A stretch of DNA of 64,000 nucleotides from Candidatus Bathyarchaeia archaeon (GTDB taxonomy: Archaea > Thermoproteota > Bathyarchaeia > 40CM-2-53-6). This document shows, piece after piece, positions 58,485-64,000 of the stretch. Position numbers and translations under genes: made by a program. Position 1 is the stretch's first letter. The number at the start of each line of letters is the position of its first letter. The notes below the pieces were generated by a model, which searched no databases, had not been told where the DNA came from, and was given only the letters and a program-made list of their open reading frames with translations. The DNA lies in the NCBI GenBank assembly GCA_050013255.1, contig JBEKFP010000002.1:672001-736000 (forward strand), read 5' to 3'.

Positions 58485-59177
58485 CTACTCCAATAGGTCA
58501 ACTTTTCCATTCTGCCGGCCCACATAGACGGCATCAACCATGTTCAAGAATAGCCCAGTCTCGATTACACCTGGTACCGCCTTCAACCGCCGTTCGAGCC
58601 GCGCTGCATTTTCAATCCGTCCGAAGTCAGCATCTAGGATGAAATTTCCATTATCTGTTATCACTGGTCCAACCTTCCCCGCGCCTTCGCGTAACTTTGC
58701 TCTTCCCCCCATTTTGGTTACCCGAATCTGGACGGACCTATGCGCCATCGGCAAAACCTCTAATGGAACAGGTTGTCGGCCGCCTAAGTGTCTGGACAGT
58801 TTGGTTTCATCGACCACTATCGCCAGCCTACGCGCAGCAGAATCAACTATCTTCTCCCTCAGCAAGGCTGCCCCTCCACCTTTGATTAAGTTGAGCGATG
58901 GCAACTGTACTTGGTCAGCTCCATCAATCGCATAATCAATTACGACTGCTTCGTTGAGGCTCCGGACACTAAGCCCGTGAGATATGGCTAGGTTTTCAAT
59001 TTGGTGGGACGTTGGGACAACCGATACCTGAAGTTTCCTCGCCTTACTGGCCCTGCCGAGTTCGACGACCGCATAGGCCATTGTGGAACCGCTCCCGACG
59101 CCGATTACCCAACCGTTCTTAATGGGCGACAGAGCTTTGAGGACGGCCCTGCTCTTAGCGCCCTCAACCCAAGACAA
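58485..59177 (-). CDS. rpiA: Ribose-5-phosphate isomerase A
   Basis: GVGSGST, IDGADQ, IKGGGAALLREK, TDNGN. Confidence 0.97.
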   Translation of the reverse strand: MSWVEGAKSRAVLKALSPIKNGWVIGVGSGSTMAYAVVELGRASKARKLQVSVVPTSHQIENLAISHGLSVRSLNEAVVIDYAIDGADQVQLPSLNLIKGGGAALLREKIVDSAARRLAIVVDETKLSRHLGGRQPVPLEVLPMAHRSVQIRVTKMGGRAKLREGAGKVGPVITDNGNFILDADFGRIENAARLERRLKAVPGVIETGLFLNMVDAVYVGRQNGKVDLLE

Positions 59178-59179
59178 GC

Positions 59180-59821
59180 CTATTCTTCCGTTTCAATCTG
59201 TTCGAGTCGATCCATGGCCTGAAGAATTTCCTCGCGGATTTTGTCAATTCGCTTTTCCGCGTCGGTGACCTGTTCATCTTCCTTCTGGTTTCCCTGCGGG
59301 TCTTGGCTTGGCTGCCCCTCTCGACTTTCTCCAGAAATCTTCTTCTCGGTTTGCCCCTGAGTTCGGCGTATTGGATTTTCCGATCGTGAGGGGGAGCCGG
59401 ATTTTAGGTCTTTGAGTTTTGCGTCTATCTCAGCAAGTCTGGCCTTGTAATTCTTGATGACATCTTCCCTCTCAACCTCCAAATCATAGAGGTCCACCAC
59501 ATCCTGGTTTTCATTGATAGCCTTCTCAAGCCGCTTCAGGTCTACCTTATACTTCTCCAGCAGTTGATCCCTTTCGGCTTCGGTGATGATTCCTTTCGTC
59601 TGGGATTCGTAGATGGTGGTTACAGCGGACCCGAGTATCTGCCGTTCTAGCTTTAGCACTTTCAAAGTCTCTCTCGCACGGTTCACGGCTTCGAGTGAAG
59701 TGGAGCGAGGTGTTTCCAAAGTCGATGCGGGCAGGTTTGGGAGGGGGATTATCCGTTCAGGTTCAAGGGTTTGGGAGTTCTTTTTCTTCCAAAATGCGAT
59801 GAGCGTGACCAAACTGACCAA
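59180..59821 (-). CDS. Hypothetical coiled-coil protein
   Basis: Charged helical sequence; 2 bp upstream of rpiA. Confidence 0.75.
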   Translation of the reverse strand: MVSLVTLIAFWKKKNSQTLEPERIIPLPNLPASTLETPRSTSLEAVNRARETLKVLKLERQILGSAVTTIYESQTKGIITEAERDQLLEKYKVDLKRLEKAINENQDVVDLYDLEVEREDVIKNYKARLAEIDAKLKDLKSGSPSRSENPIRRTQGQTEKKISGESREGQPSQDPQGNQKEDEQVTDAEKRIDKIREEILQAMDRLEQIETEE

Positions 59822-60062
59822 GATCGGCCCCTGAATTATGCTGGTTATCTTTGGTTGAGCGTATTAATGCTTCGTGAATTGTCAGAGTCATTCTTAGCTT
59901 AACGAGATCGGTTTTTGACGGTTAAAACCTAGACTCTCGTCGGCAGTTTCGGAGTCATTGGTTGAAAAATCATATCATGTCCTCGCGCTTCCTTTGCGCG
60001 AATATGAAGCCTTTTACCATCCCCTGCATCAAAGGCGGGCAACTACGGAGGACATAAAACGC

Positions 60063-60512
60063 ATGCATCTTGAAGGATCATTCGAAACTCCAGCTCCTCA
60101 AAAGACCGTGTGGGATTTCCTCCTTAACCCCAAGGATATCGCACCATGCTTCCCCGACCTGCAATCCATGGAGGTACTCTCTCCGGATAACTTCAAGGCC
60201 AAGATCAGAGTGGGCTTATCTCTTGTAAAGGGAACCATGGATTTCGATTTTCGAACAACCGACAAGATCCCGCCCAGTTCGGCGAAACTCATCGGTACCG
60301 GTCGTGGGGTGGGTAGCACAATCGAAATCCAGACAGGATTCACCATTCAAGAAGCAGCGACTGGAAGTAAAGTTGGTTGGGTCGCCGACGTGAATGTTGG
60401 AGGCATTATGGCTGGGCTTGGGACAAAACTTCTAGATTCCACGTCCAGCAAGATGGTTGAACAGGTTATCGAGAACCTCAAGACCAAGTTGAAGGAAAAG
60501 ACGACCGTATAG
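60063..60512 (+). CDS. CoxG/SRPBCC-family protein (second paralog)
   Basis: MHLEGSF....PQ..VWDFLL.P..IAPCFPDL, GGIMAGLG. Confidence 0.85.
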   Translation: MHLEGSFETPAPQKTVWDFLLNPKDIAPCFPDLQSMEVLSPDNFKAKIRVGLSLVKGTMDFDFRTTDKIPPSSAKLIGTGRGVGSTIEIQTGFTIQEAATGSKVGWVADVNVGGIMAGLGTKLLDSTSSKMVEQVIENLKTKLKEKTTV

Positions 60513-60518
60513 GCTCTT

Positions 60519-61748
60519 TCAGCTGTACGCTTCGAAACCTTTCCCTAGAATCAATGAAGCAATCTTAAGCTCCATTATCTCGTCGGTTCCCTCGTAGATT
60601 CTTGCCACTCGGGCATCGCAGAAGTGTCTAGCAACCGGAGAGAGCAGGGAATAGCCGAAGCCGCCGAACACCTGAACGGCTAGGTCGGCGCTCTCGTACG
60701 CCAATCGGGACGCAATGCGCTTTGCGACAGCGGATTGGAGGTCAACCTTCTTTCTTAGCTCGAGGTCGTTGGGGTTCGTGTCTAGTTTGGCTTTCTCTGC
60801 AGCCGCGTAATAAGTCGGCCATCTTGCCATCTCTAAGTTCATAGCAATGTTTGCGAGGTGGCGTTGAATCAATTGGTGCTTGCCAATCGGTTTGCCATGC
60901 TGCACACGGGACTTGGCCCTTTCCGTTACCGAGTTCAGGCAGTCTCCTATGATACCGACGCATCCCGCCCCTATCCCAATCCTGCCGTTCAACAGTGCCG
61001 AGTACGCAACATGCAAACCCTTCCCAGGCTCTCCCAGCAGGTTCTCCTCAGGGACGTGCACATCAGAAAGTTCAAGCATCGCCGTATCCGATGTGAAGAG
61101 TCCGATCTTCTCCTCCAAGTGCATGGCAACAGAGAAACCCTCAGACTTCGAATCGACGACAAAAGCCGACATGCCCTGCTTCTTGCCCTTCGGATAGGCA
61201 AATATGATCAGCGCGTCAGCGACGGATCCGTTTGATATCAGGTACTTCGTACCGCTGAGAACATACTTGCCATCACGCTCCTCGTAACTCGTCTTTAGTG
61301 AGGTGGGGTCACTTCCGGCCTCGGGCTCCGTCAAGCCATAAGCTAGAATCTTCTCTCCTTTGGCTGCGGGGGTAAGGTATTCCGCTTTCAAATGTTCGTT
61401 GCCCCATTGTTGAATCGCTAACGAAGCTAGGAGGCAGTGGACATCGACGAAGGTAACCACGCTCAACCCAAGCTGCCCGAATCGTTCAAGTGCTAGTGCC
61501 CAGGTCAGCGAGTCTGCCCCAACTCCTCCATATTCGGGCGAAACTGTCAGGCCCATGAGATTGTATTTCTTCAAGATGGTATGGGTCTCAGGATTGTACT
61601 TGTGCGCTAGGTAGTGCTCGAACTCAGGAAGGTAGAGTTCCTTGCAGGCTTCGTCAACTCGTTCAAGAATCCCCCGCTGCTGATCGCTTAACTCGCGCAG
61701 GCGACTGGCTAGCTGAATCGATTCCGAGAATGAACCTTCCAATCCCAA
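60519..61748 (-). CDS. Acyl-CoA dehydrogenase (second paralog)
   Basis: AYGLTEPEAGSD, GTKYLISNG, VQVFGGFGY, YEGTDEI. Confidence 0.96.
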   Translation of the reverse strand: MGLEGSFSESIQLASRLRELSDQQRGILERVDEACKELYLPEFEHYLAHKYNPETHTILKKYNLMGLTVSPEYGGVGADSLTWALALERFGQLGLSVVTFVDVHCLLASLAIQQWGNEHLKAEYLTPAAKGEKILAYGLTEPEAGSDPTSLKTSYEERDGKYVLSGTKYLISNGSVADALIIFAYPKGKKQGMSAFVVDSKSEGFSVAMHLEEKIGLFTSDTAMLELSDVHVPEENLLGEPGKGLHVAYSALLNGRIGIGAGCVGIIGDCLNSVTERAKSRVQHGKPIGKHQLIQRHLANIAMNLEMARWPTYYAAAEKAKLDTNPNDLELRKKVDLQSAVAKRIASRLAYESADLAVQVFGGFGYSLLSPVARHFCDARVARIYEGTDEIMELKIASLILGKGFEAYS

Positions 61749-61858
61749 CCTTCCTTGGGGCTGTGAAATTCCATTTGCGCCTTTTCAAACCTCCGGCCCG
61801 TCACTTCCCGTCCCAGGCTGGTAAGCTTCTTACATATCCAGATACCATGATCTAGTGG

Positions 61859-62281
61859 TTGGTAGCAATGCGCTTCGTTTACTTTGGCATCCGTGTAAGG
61901 AACATGAATCGATCACTACGGTTCTACACGAGAGTTTTGGGCATGAAGGTAATCCATAAGGGAACGATGCTTCACGGAGGCGTCTTTGTCCACTTAAGGC
62001 ACCCCGGTTCAGCACAGAGGCTAGAACTGAACTACTACCCCCCCAAGAACAGGTTCTACGAGAAATATCGTCCGGGAACGGAGATGGACCATCTCGGGTT
62101 CTGGGTTGATGATGTTGACCGAACTTACGCTCAGCTGATTAGAAGGGGGGCTAGAAGAGCCGTAGCACCATTCTCGAATGGTGGAGAAAGACTCGCGTAT
62201 GTGAAGGACTCTGACGGTATTTGGATTGAGTTCTTCGGAGCAGACAAACGGAAGAAAAAGTCTCGTCGCAATCCGAGATAA
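61859..62281 (+). CDS. VOC/glyoxalase-family protein
   Basis: IRVRNM.RSLRFY..VLG, LELN, DHLGF.VDD, DSDG.WIE. Confidence 0.92.
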   Translation: MVAMRFVYFGIRVRNMNRSLRFYTRVLGMKVIHKGTMLHGGVFVHLRHPGSAQRLELNYYPPKNRFYEKYRPGTEMDHLGFWVDDVDRTYAQLIRRGARRAVAPFSNGGERLAYVKDSDGIWIEFFGADKRKKKSRRNPR

Positions 62282-62346
62282 TCCAATTTCTTCCTATCGC
62301 TCGCTGAAGTCGCCATTTAATATATTGAGGCAATCGTAATTAATTC

Positions 62347-62448
62347 TTGGTGAGTTGTACGTCCCAAGGAACATATGTTTGTCCAGCCTGTAAGATGTTC
62401 TTCAAAACGAAGGAAGAACTCGAAACACACGCAAAAACCGCACACTAG
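62347..62448 (+). CDS. C2H2 zinc-finger microprotein (~33 aa, not in ORF track)
   Basis: MVSCTSQGTYVCPACKMFFKTKEELETHAKTAH*. Confidence 0.7.
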   Translation: MVSCTSQGTYVCPACKMFFKTKEELETHAKTAH

Positions 62449-62591
62449 CCAAAGAATACCCAAGTCTTTCGCACATTGAATTCGCGAATTCGCGCTACTC
62501 ATCCCCTCTTTTTCCAACTTGGCTAAGTGCGAGAAGGCGTGATGCCAGCCTAGGAAAGCCTACACACTGGCCAGTCTATTCTAGAATATGG

Positions 62592-62719
62592 TGGAGCCCC
62601 GGGCGGGACTTTCAGCGATAGCACGATCGCTTTTGAACCCGCGGCCTTCGCCTCTTTGTGAGTTCGTACCAAGGCGGCGCTGTTGGCGCTTTATTTCTAC
62701 CAAGCTGAGCCACCGGGGC
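62592..62719 (-). tRNA. tRNA-Thr(GGT) with three introns: 22/23 (62682-62696), 37/38 (62654-62666), 59/60 (62609-62631)
   Basis: GCCCCGG/CCGGGGC+TCCA; loop TTGGTAA; central helices TGGT/GCCA and TTCA/TGAA. Confidence 0.9.
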
Positions 62720-63256
62720 TTCGCGAACTGCCCCTATGCACAACTTCGCTAAATAGATGCTGAACTCAGAACAGGTTTCGAAAAAAATTAGAAATTCAGT
62801 CGACACATTTCATGAGAAGCTAGCTACAAGACTCTGAACGTTTCATAAGATGTTCAAGAATTCAGAATGAACGGTGATGGTACGCAATCATTGGGCGTTG
62901 ACCAGGAACTCTTTGCGTCTAATTCCATATGTGAGCTTCTCAGAATCAAACGACTCTGACAACGCCCCACTTGCCCAAGATTCTAACCCTGCCCGCTTAC
63001 ATGATTCTTCATTGTTTCCTAGTGGTTTGCAATGATGGTGCCATTGGTGAAAAGCAAGTATTACTGGTCAGCTGGCTTACACCTCGAAGCCCCCCGTTGA
63101 AATGTTCTGAGCAATTGTCTATCTTTTGCGTCAAGAAATGGTATGATTAGGGTTTTATCATTCACCGATTTGACAATGCTTATCCAAACGCTTAAGTGCG
63201 TTTACGACGGCACGGTAGTTCCGAGTTAATTCAACTAAAGGAGGCTAATTAGGAAA

Positions 63257-64000
63257 ATGGTCAAGAAATGCCCATCATGCGGCTACAATAACCGCGACGA
63301 CGCAGCATTCTGTTCAAGTTGTGGATCCTCAGTCGGTGGCTCAGTGGGGCCAGCACTCAAACCAGTCCCTTCAGTCCGCGTTGTGACTCCCGTCAGCCCG
63401 GGCAACCCAATCAGGGTTCCGGCACCCGGCCAATGCTACTATCACCCCAACCTGCCCGCCGTCTACGTCTGTAACCGGTGTGGAAGAGCAATTTGCCGCG
63501 ACGACTCCAAGGCCTACATGGACCTGGTACTCTGTCCGCAGTGTTACCAAGGCGTTGTACCAATGGTAGCAGCTCCGCAAATGCAACAACCACCTATGCA
63601 AATGCAACAACCTATGCAGATGCAGCAACCACCTATGCAAATGGGACCACCACCTATGCAAATGCAAATGGGACCACCGATGGGTGGCCCTCAGGCTTTC
63701 ATGGCGCCGATGCCACAATACTATCAACCGTCCCCGCCAAGAGCGCTATGGGGATTCATACTAGCAATGATTGCAGGAATCCTCGTGATCCTTAACGCAG
63801 CAGCTTTGCTCTCACCAAGTTTCTACAGCTTATGGACCGGCATCTTCTTCTGGTTGCCAGCTGTTGGCCCCCCGAGCCTAACGTTCGCGATAGGCGCGAT
63901 TATCGGGCTCATACTGGTAATCGGATCGATACTAATGCTGCTAGGATTCGGTACAATTGGAAGCATCGTAGTCTTTCCGTTGGCGGTCCTGAGCCTGTTG
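63257..64000 (+). CDS. Zinc-ribbon + B-box-like + Pro/Gln/Met-rich membrane protein (runs off window end)
   Basis: MVKKCPSCG...FCSSCG; CYYHP..A..VCNRCGRAIC...CPQC; QMQQPPM repeats; then TM helices; no stop before 64000. Confidence 0.85.
   Translation, partial: MVKKCPSCGYNNRDDAAFCSSCGSSVGGSVGPALKPVPSVRVVTPVSPGNPIRVPAPGQCYYHPNLPAVYVCNRCGRAICRDDSKAYMDLVLCPQCYQGVVPMVAAPQMQQPPMQMQQPMQMQQPPMQMGPPPMQMQMGPPMGGPQAFMAPMPQYYQPSPPRALWGFILAMIAGILVILNAAALLSPSFYSLWTGIFFWLPAVGPPSLTFAIGAIIGLILVIGSILMLLGFGTIGSIVVFPLAVLSLL

Noticed and set aside
1864-62719. Recent intron transposition between tRNAs sharing an intron position
   Set aside because: Same-position introns show no evident sequence similarity
62720-63250. 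ncRNA or CRISPR leader in the long intergenic gap
   Set aside because: No repeats, stable structure or convincing ORF recognised by eye
63371-63795. His/Leu-rich ORF 63371-63727(-) and Thr/Ala-rich ORF 63478-63795(+)
   Set aside because: Alternative-frame shadows of the QMQQPPM repeat in the real ORF starting at 63257

Overview
Chromosomal segment of an archaeon, most likely Thermoproteota/TACK and Bathyarchaeia-like. The taxon is an inference from BHB-type tRNA introns, archaeal PGK/RpiA/PhoU-AbrB and frequent TTG/GTG starts. The window holds core and heterotrophic metabolism genes: kdpABC, a divergent pst/phoU locus, several peptidases, CoA transferase, two acyl-CoA dehydrogenases, ino1, pgk and rpiA. 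It also holds an A1-type heme-copper oxidase cluster and five tRNA genes. No transposase, integrase, CRISPR array or rRNA was seen. Most notable features: (1) all five tRNAs are interrupted, by 11 introns in total, 8 at non-canonical positions, with two genes carrying three introns each; (2) a BlaI/BlaR-like repressor-protease pair with an AACTA-N7-TAGTT palindrome repeated at three promoters, defining a candidate archaeal envelope regulon; (3) cytochrome oxidase subunit II split into two genes, plus an unannotated one-helix microprotein in the same operon; (4) a coupled DoxD/DoxX + Tat-Rieske gene pair; (5) a duplicated convergent coxG/acyl-CoA dehydrogenase module; (6) a dispersed ~42-bp repeat; (7) many Zn-finger microproteins below the ORF-track cut-off. 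All protein calls come from motif recognition by eye, with no database searches.
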